Of a stretch of DNA of 47,204 nt, positions 18,621-27,976 are shown in pieces. Source of the stretch: Candidatus Woesearchaeota archaeon (GTDB lineage Archaea; Nanobdellota; Nanobdellia; Pacearchaeales; GW2011-AR1); contig CAZJAO010000004.1 in NCBI GenBank assembly GCA_964544395.1, positions 1 through 47,204 on the forward strand, in the 5' to 3' direction. The notes beneath the pieces are model-generated. The model ran no database searches, was not told the origin of the DNA, and was given only the letters and a program-made list of their open reading frames with translations. The translations under genes and the position numbers were made by a program. Within the stretch, counting starts at the first letter, position 1; the number at the start of each line of letters is the position of its first letter.

Positions 18621-19256
18621 TTAGACTATGAATATAATCGAGAATAGTCCGGCTACAACAAGACAAGCCAAGAAACTCCAAAGGATAATATTACCAAAGA
18701 ATATTTTGTTTCCGTCAAGATGTGATATTGGGATCATGTTGAAGAATGCGTAATAAATACCTAATCTTGCAAATTCGTTAAATCCAATAAGATATCCGAT
18801 AACAGCGAATACCAGATTCATGAAAATTCCTGCAGCGGCTATGTAACCAATATGCTCTTCAGTCATTTCAGAGAATGTATACAATCCGTGTCTTCTAGCT
18901 GCACGATATGATCGAGGCTTGACTTCAAACATAAGCGAAGCCATCCAAGCCAAACCGTTAATTGGGAAGAGAATTATTTTTGAAATTAAAGGAAGAACTG
19001 CTCCGATTGCAAAAGGTTTCTTGAAATGTTTTCTTTTTCTTATTCCGTATCCTTCAATTTCCCAGAATTTTATTTCTGTTTCTGTTTCAAGGAAAAATCC
19101 GGTCAGCTTTTTTGCCAGAACATTTATTACAATAACACAAAAGACTGCGAGAAGCGTCCAAAGAAATGCAACATATCCGTTTAAAAATAAACTTGTTGAA
19201 AATGCAATTACAACCGACGTTATTAGAATAATAAGAATCTCTTTTTTGTTGAACAT
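18621..19256 (-). CDS. Multi-TM protein with M50/S2P-like C-terminal motif but no HExxH
   Basis: AAAGIFMNL and FFNMIPISHLDGNKIF match the AGPxxN / NLxPxxxLDG motifs; no HExxH anywhere in the protein. Confidence 0.6.
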   Translation of the reverse strand: MFNKKEILIILITSVVIAFSTSLFLNGYVAFLWTLLAVFCVIVINVLAKKLTGFFLETETEIKFWEIEGYGIRKRKHFKKPFAIGAVLPLISKIILFPINGLAWMASLMFEVKPRSYRAARRHGLYTFSEMTEEHIGYIAAAGIFMNLVFAVIGYLIGFNEFARLGIYYAFFNMIPISHLDGNKIFFGNIILWSFLACLVVAGLFSIIFIV

Positions 19257-19374
19257 GCTTTCTGAAATATTCCAATTTTTATAAAGTTATTTGTGGAAAC
19301 TGGAACTTGTTGTTATCTGAAACTAACAAATAGACAACGGAAAAGTATTTAAATAATTTAAACAAAATAATTCC

Positions 19375-19656
19375 ATGAGAGTCAAAAGAATCACCGAAGT
19401 TTTAGGTCTTAGAGTTTACACAGACTCAGGTGAATACTTTGGAGAGGTTGAAGAAGCCAATATTTTTGAAAACAAAGTAGACGGTTGGAGAATCAGAGTT
19501 GGCGGAGGAGTTGCTTCACTGATTGGCGGAGCAAGAGGAGTCATCATTCCAAACCAATTCGTTAAATCCATCGGCGACGTTTTAATAATAAGCTCTTCTG
19601 CATTGCCAAGCGCACCTGAATCAGACTTTGAAGAGGCCTCAGAAGATCTTGCTTAA
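19375..19656 (+). CDS. PRC-barrel domain protein
   Basis: GLRVYTDSGEYFGEVEE and VIIPNQFVKSIGDVLII; acidic disordered tail. Confidence 0.85.
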   Translation: MRVKRITEVLGLRVYTDSGEYFGEVEEANIFENKVDGWRIRVGGGVASLIGGARGVIIPNQFVKSIGDVLIISSSALPSAPESDFEEASEDLA

Positions 19657-19662
19657 ATAAAT

Positions 19663-20187
19663 ATGGCAAGCGCAATCTTTTTACAGAATACCATTTTTAC
19701 TGCATTTATTCTGCCATTTTTTCTCATATGGCTAGTCGCTTTTGCAATTTTACAAAAAACAAAAGTTTTGGGAGAAGGAGCTTCCGGTCTATTGAATGCA
19801 TTAATCTCCCTAATTCTTGGTTTCATTTTTATTGCTGCATTTAATTATTCCTCTGTCGTAAATAATCTTGTTTTATTCCTTGCTATAGGTCTTGTTATTA
19901 TCTTTGTGACTATGCTTTTATGGGGATTTGTAAGCGGCGGTGAAAGTTCACTATTCAGCAAACCCGGAGGAATGAGAACTATTATTATGGTTGCTCTTTT
20001 TATCGCAGTTATAATCGGAGTAATCTGGGCCTTTGGAATTCCTTTCAGTGGCGGAAACGGAAGCATCACAAATCTTTTGTTCAACCAGGTCTGGAGCCAA
20101 CCTTTCTGGACTAATCTCATCTTCGTTGTTTTAATCGGAATTGCTCTGGCTTTGGTAATTGGAATAGGGAACAGAGGAAAAAAGTAA
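19663..20187 (+). CDS. Integral membrane protein (about 5 TM), paralog of the next gene
   Basis: ILPFFLIWLVAFAILQKTKVLGE...LNALISLILG. Confidence 0.7.
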   Translation: MASAIFLQNTIFTAFILPFFLIWLVAFAILQKTKVLGEGASGLLNALISLILGFIFIAAFNYSSVVNNLVLFLAIGLVIIFVTMLLWGFVSGGESSLFSKPGGMRTIIMVALFIAVIIGVIWAFGIPFSGGNGSITNLLFNQVWSQPFWTNLIFVVLIGIALALVIGIGNRGKK

Positions 20188-20232
20188 ATTTATTAGAAAC
20201 ATATTTAAAGAAAAATATTCTAATCTGATAAA

Positions 20233-20796
20233 ATGATTGGTGGTATTTTAGATACGACTTTTTTGAGTGGAGGAATCGGGGATTTACTCAATTCTCTTGC
20301 TGCTGCCCAATTTTTTACCTATGCACTTCCATTTCTTTTAATATTCGCTTTGGTTTTCGGAATTCTTTCAAGAATGGGTTTATTCAAAGAGAATAAAGCC
20401 GTAACTGCAATAATTGCTCTTGCAGTTGGTTTGATGGCATTGAGTGTACCAACCGTTCCTCAATTTTTCTCGCAGATTTTCCCCAGCATGGGAATTGGAC
20501 TATCTATCCTTTTAGTTATCATGATTATTGTTGGCTTATTTTCAGACCCAACTAAACCTTGGATAACGATCTCATTATTTGTAGTTGCAGCAATAGTTGC
20601 GGTTGTAGTAATAGTGCAGAGCTCTGGAATTGATTTCGGCACTTGGATACAGAATAATCTTGGAAATAGTGCGGGCACAATACTCACCGTAGTTGTTGCA
20701 GTTGTTATAGTCGGTATAGTAATTGCCGCATCAAACAAGAAGAAAGAAAGAAGTCCTATCTCCTTTGAACCATATTGGGCAAAACCCCCACAATAA
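20233..20796 (+). CDS. Integral membrane protein (about 5 TM), paralog of the previous gene
   Basis: ALPFLLIFALVFGILSRMGLFKE...VTAIIALAVG. Confidence 0.7.
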   Translation: MIGGILDTTFLSGGIGDLLNSLAAAQFFTYALPFLLIFALVFGILSRMGLFKENKAVTAIIALAVGLMALSVPTVPQFFSQIFPSMGIGLSILLVIMIIVGLFSDPTKPWITISLFVVAAIVAVVVIVQSSGIDFGTWIQNNLGNSAGTILTVVVAVVIVGIVIAASNKKKERSPISFEPYWAKPPQ

Positions 20797-20798
20797 AA

Positions 20799-21554
20799 TT
20801 ATTTTTTCTTTTTAGAAATTTTTTCTACTTGCTGTTCTTCTGGCTCTTCTTGGGTTATTGTTGCATCTTCATCTTCTTCAGGAACGGATAAACGTGAGGA
20901 GCTATTTCTTCCACTTGAATTGTTCATAGAACCCATTGTTTTGCTGAAAGAATCCTGCATCATGGACATTTCTTTTTTTATACTGTCCAAATTGCTTCCG
21001 TAAGAACCAATTTTTTCCAAGATTGATGCTTGTAGTCTGTCAATTATCGTTTCTATTCTTTTCAATCTTTCATTTAAATGTTCCATTCTTGCCTGAGTAA
21101 GAACTTTGAATTCGTCAATTGAATCAACTTTCTTTGATATGCCTGAAATTTTTTCGTCAAAAACTTGTTCTGATACCTCAACAATAGTGTCCGTGTTTGT
21201 AGTCATCTGCTGCTGAGGATAATAGCCTTGCTGCTGCCCATAATCCGGATAACTTTGCTGTTGCTGCTGTTGAGGATAATACGCTTGCTGTTGCGGCTGT
21301 GGAGTATAAACCTGACTTTGATCGTATCCTCCCTGATCTTGAGCTTGCGGATCATAATCCCCATACTGTTGCTCTCCTTGAGGCATAGGAGCTTCATCGC
21401 CTTGAACATCTGAAACTGCATTTTTTATCTGTGCATGATTTAGCGCTTCATTTATCTCTCTTGGAGAAATATTTTGTTTTCTAAGTTCGGAAATAATTTC
21501 TTGATCAGACATATTCTTCTGTCTCATTTGCGTTACTTGGTCTATTGTTCCCAT
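20799..21554 (-). CDS. Protein with N-terminal helical domain, Q/Y-rich low-complexity region and coiled coil
   Basis: QQYGDYDPQAQDQGGYDQ...YYPQQQQQQSYPDYGQQQGYYPQQQ, then LNERLKRIETIIDRLQ heptads. Confidence 0.75.
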   Translation of the reverse strand: MGTIDQVTQMRQKNMSDQEIISELRKQNISPREINEALNHAQIKNAVSDVQGDEAPMPQGEQQYGDYDPQAQDQGGYDQSQVYTPQPQQQAYYPQQQQQQSYPDYGQQQGYYPQQQMTTNTDTIVEVSEQVFDEKISGISKKVDSIDEFKVLTQARMEHLNERLKRIETIIDRLQASILEKIGSYGSNLDSIKKEMSMMQDSFSKTMGSMNNSSGRNSSSRLSVPEEDEDATITQEEPEEQQVEKISKKKK

Positions 21555-21874
21555 TATTTTTTGCTCCCGAATGGCTGAAACATTCTCATCTGTTTAGCAA
21601 GAATTTCAACATCGTCTTTTCTCGCAAATTTTGAAAATTCTTCGCCAGCCGTGTCAATAAATGAAGCCAATCTTTCAATATCTGTTTTGATGATGTCCAA
21701 GTCCTTTTTTATTTCCAAAATATCCCGCGTATTTTTCTCCTTAATATCAATTAAATTTTTCCCAATCAAAAGAATCTGATTTTTCAAAACACGCTGTTTT
21801 TCTTCCAAATCCCTCAATCTTAGATTAGGATCAACATTATAAGAATTTGGATAATTTGCCTGTTCCCCTGCCAT
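21554..21874 (-). CDS. Small coiled-coil protein
   Basis: ATG at 21874 (MAGEQANY); LRDLEEKQRVLKNQILLIGKNL...IKTDIERL heptads; 1-bp overlap with the next start. Confidence 0.7.
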   Translation of the reverse strand: MAGEQANYPNSYNVDPNLRLRDLEEKQRVLKNQILLIGKNLIDIKEKNTRDILEIKKDLDIIKTDIERLASFIDTAGEEFSKFARKDDVEILAKQMRMFQPFGSKK

Positions 21875-21960
21875 TGTATGGACAAGTATGAAGAGTTTAA
21901 AATTGTTTTCCTTCTTTGGAGTACACAAAAAATTTTAAACCAATAACGATTTATTAGAGA

Positions 21961-24249
21961 ATGCAATTTAAAGAGGGAGCTGCACTTTATTCTTACGAGA
22001 CCCAAAGAGAAGGGGGTGAAGATGTTCTATATGTAAATTACATGGGGGCTCCTTTTGTTCCAAGCATCGCTGATTCTCCTGAAGTTATGGAAAGAACTAT
22101 TGACGCTTTGATAGAAAATCCTAATGTTTCGAGAATTGTTTTTGTTCAGCAGAAAAATTACAATTATGATTTTCATGAAACATCGCTTCTTCTTGAAATT
22201 TCTCAATTATATGTTTACTTGATAAGGCAGGAAAGAATTTTATCAAAGGAAAAACTTGTGACTGGCTTTGACCAATTTTTTACTCAGAGATATAACGAGA
22301 TATTTTCTATTCTTTACTCTCTAAAGAGAGACCCCGTGGCTTCCTATCTTAATTTAAGAAATATTTTTGTTGAAGCGAGAATTTTTCTAGAGAAGCTTAG
22401 CCCCCAATATAAGTCAGACCAAAGCAATTACATAAGGTTGATTGAAAAAGTTTTTACCATGCTACAGGGCACGAAACTGATACAAGGACTCTTGAATTTT
22501 CTTCCAGATTATCAAAAAGGTGATAGAGAAATATATCATAGAATTTTTGAACCGGATGTAATTCCTAATTTTACTTTTACGCGACTTGTTTCTGAAATTC
22601 CGCAGGATGTGGAGATAGTTAATCAATATGAAATTTCAGGCGATGATTATGACAAATCGGTAGTTACTATATTGAGAAAAAGAAACGAATCAAAACTCCT
22701 TTATCATTTACTGCCCCCTGAGAATGTTCTTGATGAAGAACAGAATCTGCTTCTTAATCTTGCAAAGAATGTGCTTATCGAACATCAGCCAAAAGCGGAA
22801 GAATTTACAGATACCGAAAGAACAAGGCAAGTTTTCTTTAATATCGCAAAAGATTTACTTCAAGACTTAGCTCAGACAAAAGGCATAAATCTTAATTATT
22901 CTGATTTAAACAAATTATCCAAGATTCTAGTAAGACATACTATTGGGTTTGGGTTGATTGAGGTTTTATTGCAAGATAAAAATATTCAAGATATTGTTCT
23001 TAATGCGCCAATTCCAACAACTAGCATTTTCCTCAGACATGAAGTTTATGATGAATGTTATACAAATATTCTCCCTAGTCAGGAAGATGTAGACTCCTGG
23101 GCGGCAAAATTCAGAATAATTTCAGGGCGACCATTAGATGAAGCAAATCCTGTTCTTGATACTCAATTGGAAATTGACAAGATAAGTGCAAGAATTGCCA
23201 TTGTACAACAACCTCTTTCTCCCAATGGACTTGCTTATGCAATCAGAAGACATAGAGAAGAGCCATGGACCTTTTCATTATTTATTAAAAATAAGATGAT
23301 GAATCCCCTTTCTGCTGGATTAATGAGCTTTCTAGTTGATGGGGGAAGAACTATTTTAATTGCAGGAACTAGAAGTTCTGGAAAAACCTCTTTGCTTGGA
23401 GCTTTGATGCTTGAGATTTTACCTAGAACAAGAATAATTGTTGTTGAAGATACGCTTGAATTGCCTTTTGAATCTCTGAAGAAACTTAATTATGATATTC
23501 TGCAAATGAAAGTTCGTTCAGCATTGTTGAAAACCACCAATGAAATCTCTGCTGAAGATGGAATTAGAACAAGTCTGAGATTAGGGGACAGCAGTTTAAT
23601 TATTGGTGAAGTAAGAAGTGCTGAAGCAAAAGCTCTGTATGAAGCAATGAGAGTTGGTGCTTTGGCAAATACTGTAGCAGGAACAATTCACGGCGCTTCA
23701 CCATATGCTGTTTTCGACAGAGTTGTAAATGACTTAGAAGTTCCTGCAACTAGTTTCAAAGCGACAGATATTATTGCTGTTGCAAACCCCATTAAATCTC
23801 CTGATGGCCTTCATTCATGGAAGAGACTTTTGCAGATTACAGAGGTCAGGAAACACTGGCAGAAAGATCCTCTTGAAGAAAATGGTTTCAGCGATTTGGT
23901 AAAATACAATGTTGAAAAAGATACTCTTGAACCCAGCGAAGATTTGATTAATGGGGATAGCGAGGTTATCAAAGCTGTTGCAGAGAACGTTAGAGGGTGG
24001 GCAGGAAATTGGGATGCTGTTTATGATAATATTTTATTAAGAGCAAAAATAAAAGAAGAAATTGTAAAGACTGCAGAAAAAACCGGAAGACCTGAATTGC
24101 TGGAAGCAGCTTTTAATGTTTCTGCAAACCAAGAATTCCATTCAATTTCTGATACTGTCCGAGAAGAAATCGGTCTACCGCTTTCAAACAGAGTTTTTCC
24201 TGCTTGGCAGAAATGGCTTAATCAGGAAATAAAGAAAAAGAAATTATGA
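21961..24249 (+). CDS. Type IV pilus/secretion ATPase (VirB11/GspE/TadA-like), large form
   Basis: Walker A GTRSSGKT, Asp box VVEDTLEL, Walker B IIGEVRSAEA, His box GTIHG; long N-terminal extension. Confidence 0.92.
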   Translation: MQFKEGAALYSYETQREGGEDVLYVNYMGAPFVPSIADSPEVMERTIDALIENPNVSRIVFVQQKNYNYDFHETSLLLEISQLYVYLIRQERILSKEKLVTGFDQFFTQRYNEIFSILYSLKRDPVASYLNLRNIFVEARIFLEKLSPQYKSDQSNYIRLIEKVFTMLQGTKLIQGLLNFLPDYQKGDREIYHRIFEPDVIPNFTFTRLVSEIPQDVEIVNQYEISGDDYDKSVVTILRKRNESKLLYHLLPPENVLDEEQNLLLNLAKNVLIEHQPKAEEFTDTERTRQVFFNIAKDLLQDLAQTKGINLNYSDLNKLSKILVRHTIGFGLIEVLLQDKNIQDIVLNAPIPTTSIFLRHEVYDECYTNILPSQEDVDSWAAKFRIISGRPLDEANPVLDTQLEIDKISARIAIVQQPLSPNGLAYAIRRHREEPWTFSLFIKNKMMNPLSAGLMSFLVDGGRTILIAGTRSSGKTSLLGALMLEILPRTRIIVVEDTLELPFESLKKLNYDILQMKVRSALLKTTNEISAEDGIRTSLRLGDSSLIIGEVRSAEAKALYEAMRVGALANTVAGTIHGASPYAVFDRVVNDLEVPATSFKATDIIAVANPIKSPDGLHSWKRLLQITEVRKHWQKDPLEENGFSDLVKYNVEKDTLEPSEDLINGDSEVIKAVAENVRGWAGNWDAVYDNILLRAKIKEEIVKTAEKTGRPELLEAAFNVSANQEFHSISDTVREEIGLPLSNRVFPAWQKWLNQEIKKKKL

Positions 24250-24304
24250 TAATTTTTTAAAGTTGAATTATCTGTTAAAATTTAAGATAGAAGCATTCTA
24301 CAAA

Positions 24305-24838
24305 ATGAAAACAAAAAGTTGGGAAGAGCTTAACACTTCATATGCAAGAAAAGCAAAACCTCTTGAAGATGAAGCTTTACTTCTGAAGAGTAAACACTTG
24401 AAAGGATCTTCTTCAATAAACCCAGAGAGAATAGGCAAGATGTATGAAGATGCTGGAGATTTGCGAAGAAAAGCACATGATTTTATTGGAGCACAAGATG
24501 ATTACTTGGAAGCTAACAAATATGGTTATGCTTACAGTTCAGCAGACTCAGAGAGGGTTAGAAACAAGATAAATGGGCTAATCTCCGAGAAGAGACAAGC
24601 TCAAGGTTTACCCTTGAGAAGCTCGCTTGAGAAAAGAAGCTCCTTTGAGACTGTGCCTCAGAGATTATGGGCATATCTTTCAATCATCAGCCTTGCAGCA
24701 GCCTTGCTTTCAATTTCATTAAAATGGACTGGTTCGGTTGTAGGTCCTGCAGCTACAAACAACAAATGGATTGGACTTTGTTTATTTTTAGTGGGATGCA
24801 TGTTTACATTCTTCTACTTTAGAACAAAGAGGAAGTGA
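24305..24838 (+). CDS. Hypothetical protein with helical N-domain and C-terminal two-TM hairpin
   Basis: ATG at 24305; SLEKR...LSIISLAAALLSISLKWTGSVVG...WIGLCLFLVG. Confidence 0.65.
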   Translation: MKTKSWEELNTSYARKAKPLEDEALLLKSKHLKGSSSINPERIGKMYEDAGDLRRKAHDFIGAQDDYLEANKYGYAYSSADSERVRNKINGLISEKRQAQGLPLRSSLEKRSSFETVPQRLWAYLSIISLAAALLSISLKWTGSVVGPAATNNKWIGLCLFLVGCMFTFFYFRTKRK

Positions 24839-24886
24839 AAGTTTTATTAATTAATAAACTCTTTTTATAAAAAAGAGAAAATTAAT

Positions 24887-27073
24887 ATGCCTCCTTATCA
24901 ACAGCCCCCAATTCCGCCAGATGTTAATGAAATTCTAAAGAAATACGGCAACAAAATCGAAAGTCAGATTAATACTACTACGGTTCAGAATAATAGTGGA
25001 TACAGCCAAGCCTATTCCACGTTCAAAGAAGAAATGGCTCCTGCATGGGTACGATATGAAAAGTTGTGTCATAGCATCGGTAATATACTCAAGTTAAAAA
25101 TTTCTCAGAAAGATGAATTAAAAGTTAAGAGAAATATTGAAATTGCTCATCTTGACATTGAACCATGGCAGGCCGTGACTTTAAGCGCAGTAACTTTTTT
25201 CTTTGTTTTTATAATTGGACTTTTTATCACGGTTTCTGTTTATGTTTTCACCGGAAACGTGCCGGTTCTCTTTTTTATCATGCTAGTTGTTTCATCCCTG
25301 TTTTTGTATAATTATATCAGCGGCTTTCCAGAGAGATTTGCTAATCAGTGGAGATTGAAAGCATCTTCGCAAATGGTGCCCGCAATTTTGTATTTAGTAG
25401 TCTACATGAGACATACCTCTAATCTTGAAAGAGCCATTTCCTTTGCATCTGAACATCTGCAATATCCCCTTGCATTAGATTTCAAAAAAATATTTTATGA
25501 TGTTGAAATTGGAAAGTTCTCAACAATTAAGGACAGTCTCGATTATTACCTTGATGGCTGGAGAGATTATTCTCCGGAATTTATAGAATCATTTCACTTA
25601 ATTGAAAGCAGTTTGTTTGAACCAGATGACACGACCAGAGTTACAACTCTTGAAAAAGCATTGCAAGTAATTTTAGATGGTGTTTATGACAAGATGCTGA
25701 AATTTGTTCATGATGTCCGAAGTCCCATTCAAAGCACCTACATGCTCGGAACAACTTTGCCTGTTTTGGGAATGGCATTGCTCCCTCTTGCATCCTTGAT
25801 GGTTGGGAATTTGCTTAATGCGACCGACGTTTTTATTTTATACGATTTGATTATTCCTTTTCTTGCATTTTTCCTGATGAATAAATATTTACTATTAAGA
25901 CCGGGCGGTTATGGAGATACAAGCTTGCTTGAAAGAAATCCCCTTTATGGTGAATACAAAAGCAAGAAACCATATTACAAAGCGTTTCTCATATGCCTTC
26001 CTCTTTTCATCCTTGGATTTTTGCCTTTGATATGGGGTTTCACGCCTTTGCCGCAACTTTTAGGATTGCCATTAGATCCGACTTTTGCGCAATTAGGTTT
26101 GGGCATTTTTGGAAATAATGGTTTCTTTGGCTTTATTCCTTCAACAAGCGGTATAAAAGGACCCTTTGGTGCTGGAGCTTTGATACTTAGTTTATTTGTT
26201 CCGTTGGGACTTGCTTTATTCTTTTCAATGGCATACAAAGAGAAAACAAAAAATCTTATCAAGGAAAGAGACAATACAAAAGAACTTGAAGCAGAATTTA
26301 ATAATTCCTTATTCCAACTTGGAAACCGAATCGGCAACGGAACTCCTCCAGAATTAGTTTTTGGGAGAGTTGCAGAATCTACGACTGGATTGAAGACCTC
26401 TGATTTTTTCAAGAAAGTTAATTATAATATTCAGCAAGGTGGAATGAGTGTTGAGAATGCTATTTTTGATCCAACACGCGGAGCAATAAATTCTTACCCC
26501 TCAGACCTGATAGCTACAAGCATGAGAATACTTGTAGAAGCAGCAAAGAAAGGATTGAAAATTGCTGCAATTAGCATTATGAGCATTTCTGAATACGTGA
26601 AGAATATTCAAAAGATAGGAGATAGGCTGAGAGATTTGCTTGCAGAGATAATTTCAGATATGAAAAGCAACATGACTTTCCTTGCACCCCTTCTTGCAGG
26701 AGTTGTTGTCGGACTTGCAGCTATGATAACTACAATATTAACGAAATTGAATTTGGCTACTGCCGCAGGAGGAAGCGCCGCTGCTACAGGACTTGGAAAT
26801 ATTGGAGACATACTCTCCTTATTTGATTTGACAAATATGATTCCCCCTTATTATTTGCAAATCGCAATTGGAGTTTATCTCGTGGAGATTATATTTATCC
26901 TTACCGGAACTCTGGTAACAATTGAGTCTGGAGTAGATAAACTTGAGAAAGCTAATACTACGGGCAAGAATCTCAAGAGAGGAATCACTCTTTATTTTGT
27001 AGTTGCATTAATTTCTACTCTAGCATTGTTCCTTTTATCGTCACTTGTACTTGGCGGCCTGGGAACAAGCTAA
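24887..27073 (+). CDS. Pilus platform protein (TadB/TadC/ArlJ-like, two T2SSF-type domains)
   Basis: ILYLVVYMRHTSNLERAI and FQLGNRIGNGTPPELVF cytoplasmic domains, each followed by TM clusters; downstream of the ATPase. Confidence 0.85.
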   Translation: MPPYQQPPIPPDVNEILKKYGNKIESQINTTTVQNNSGYSQAYSTFKEEMAPAWVRYEKLCHSIGNILKLKISQKDELKVKRNIEIAHLDIEPWQAVTLSAVTFFFVFIIGLFITVSVYVFTGNVPVLFFIMLVVSSLFLYNYISGFPERFANQWRLKASSQMVPAILYLVVYMRHTSNLERAISFASEHLQYPLALDFKKIFYDVEIGKFSTIKDSLDYYLDGWRDYSPEFIESFHLIESSLFEPDDTTRVTTLEKALQVILDGVYDKMLKFVHDVRSPIQSTYMLGTTLPVLGMALLPLASLMVGNLLNATDVFILYDLIIPFLAFFLMNKYLLLRPGGYGDTSLLERNPLYGEYKSKKPYYKAFLICLPLFILGFLPLIWGFTPLPQLLGLPLDPTFAQLGLGIFGNNGFFGFIPSTSGIKGPFGAGALILSLFVPLGLALFFSMAYKEKTKNLIKERDNTKELEAEFNNSLFQLGNRIGNGTPPELVFGRVAESTTGLKTSDFFKKVNYNIQQGGMSVENAIFDPTRGAINSYPSDLIATSMRILVEAAKKGLKIAAISIMSISEYVKNIQKIGDRLRDLLAEIISDMKSNMTFLAPLLAGVVVGLAAMITTILTKLNLATAAGGSAAATGLGNIGDILSLFDLTNMIPPYYLQIAIGVYLVEIIFILTGTLVTIESGVDKLEKANTTGKNLKRGITLYFVVALISTLALFLLSSLVLGGLGTS

Positions 27074-27131
27074 TAGAACTACTCCCGCATACTCGGAAAA
27101 CATTTATTAATAAAACTCTTTTTATTTTAAA

Positions 27132-27281
27132 ATGAATAATAAGAGAGGAATCATCTCAGAATATCTTCCATGGCTCCTTATTGGAATTGCTATCCTTGTC
27201 ATTCTCATGATAACAATCTTTATTATAAAGGGACAAGGCTTTTCTTTGATAGATAAAATTAAAGGGATTTTCGGAGGATAA
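27132..27281 (+). CDS. 49-aa pilin-like peptide with class III signal (not in ORF track)
   Basis: MNNKRG|IISEYLPWLLIGIAILVILMITIFIIKGQGFSLIDKIKGIFGG*. Confidence 0.75.
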   Translation: MNNKRGIISEYLPWLLIGIAILVILMITIFIIKGQGFSLIDKIKGIFGG

Positions 27282-27449
27282 ATGTCTGAGCTTACAATTT
27301 CGGAACTAATAAAAATTATTCTTGGTGTAATTGTAGTTGTTGCAGTTATTCTTGCCTTGTATTTCTTTTTCAGAAATCAGGTAATAAGTTTCTTTAGCGG
27401 ATTTGGAGGAAATGCGTCTAAAATAATCCTATCTTTAATTGGAAAATGA
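27282..27449 (+). CDS. 55-aa pilin-like peptide without a basic leader (not in ORF track)
   Basis: MSELTISELIKIILGVIVVVAVILALYFFFRNQVISFFSGFGGNASKIILSLIGK*; abuts the upstream stop and overlaps the next start (ATGA). Confidence 0.7.
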   Translation: MSELTISELIKIILGVIVVVAVILALYFFFRNQVISFFSGFGGNASKIILSLIGK

Positions 27450-27976
27450 ACAAACGCAGAACCGGAGGTTCCGCACTTCCATTGATAAAAAATAAACGCG
27501 GATTTTTGTTGGGTGAAGAAACAGTAAAAATTATTATTGCAATAATAGCAATTCTTTTTCTTATTTTATTCATCGTTTATTTATACAATAACTTTACACA
27601 AAATAAAGATTTGACAAATGCAAAAAGTTCTCTTACTGATTTAATCAGCCAAATAAATTCAGGGGCAACTCAAGCTAACATTTACAATCCTAGCGGGTGG
27701 CTTTTATCTTCTTTTACTTCTTCCCCCGTGATGCCAAAAATGTGCACTACGAATAAGTGGATAAATTGTATCTGCTTATGCATAAAACCAGCTGGCTCGG
27801 TTCATCAGCCGCAGACAGCTTGTGACACTTCTGGGATCTGCCAGCAATCTGACTTCTCTCTGGTTGGAGATGCGACATTTATAGTAACCTGGCAAACAAA
27901 TAGCATAGAAATTTCAAATCCTCCTTTGCTTCTTTCAATCAATCAACAAACTAAAACTATTTCGAAAAGCACCTGA
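27446..27976 (+). CDS. Pilin-like protein with class III signal, 6 Cys
   Basis: KNKRG|FLLGEETVKIIIAIIAILFLILFIVYL. Confidence 0.8.
   Translation: MNKRRTGGSALPLIKNKRGFLLGEETVKIIIAIIAILFLILFIVYLYNNFTQNKDLTNAKSSLTDLISQINSGATQANIYNPSGWLLSSFTSSPVMPKMCTTNKWINCICLCIKPAGSVHQPQTACDTSGICQQSDFSLVGDATFIVTWQTNSIEISNPPLLLSINQQTKTISKST

Noticed and set aside
27132-27449. Read-through fusion of the two small in-frame pilin ORFs (TAA directly followed by ATG)
   Set aside because: A fusion would give two TM pilin helices in tandem; simple translational coupling explains the arrangement, and there is no read-through signal
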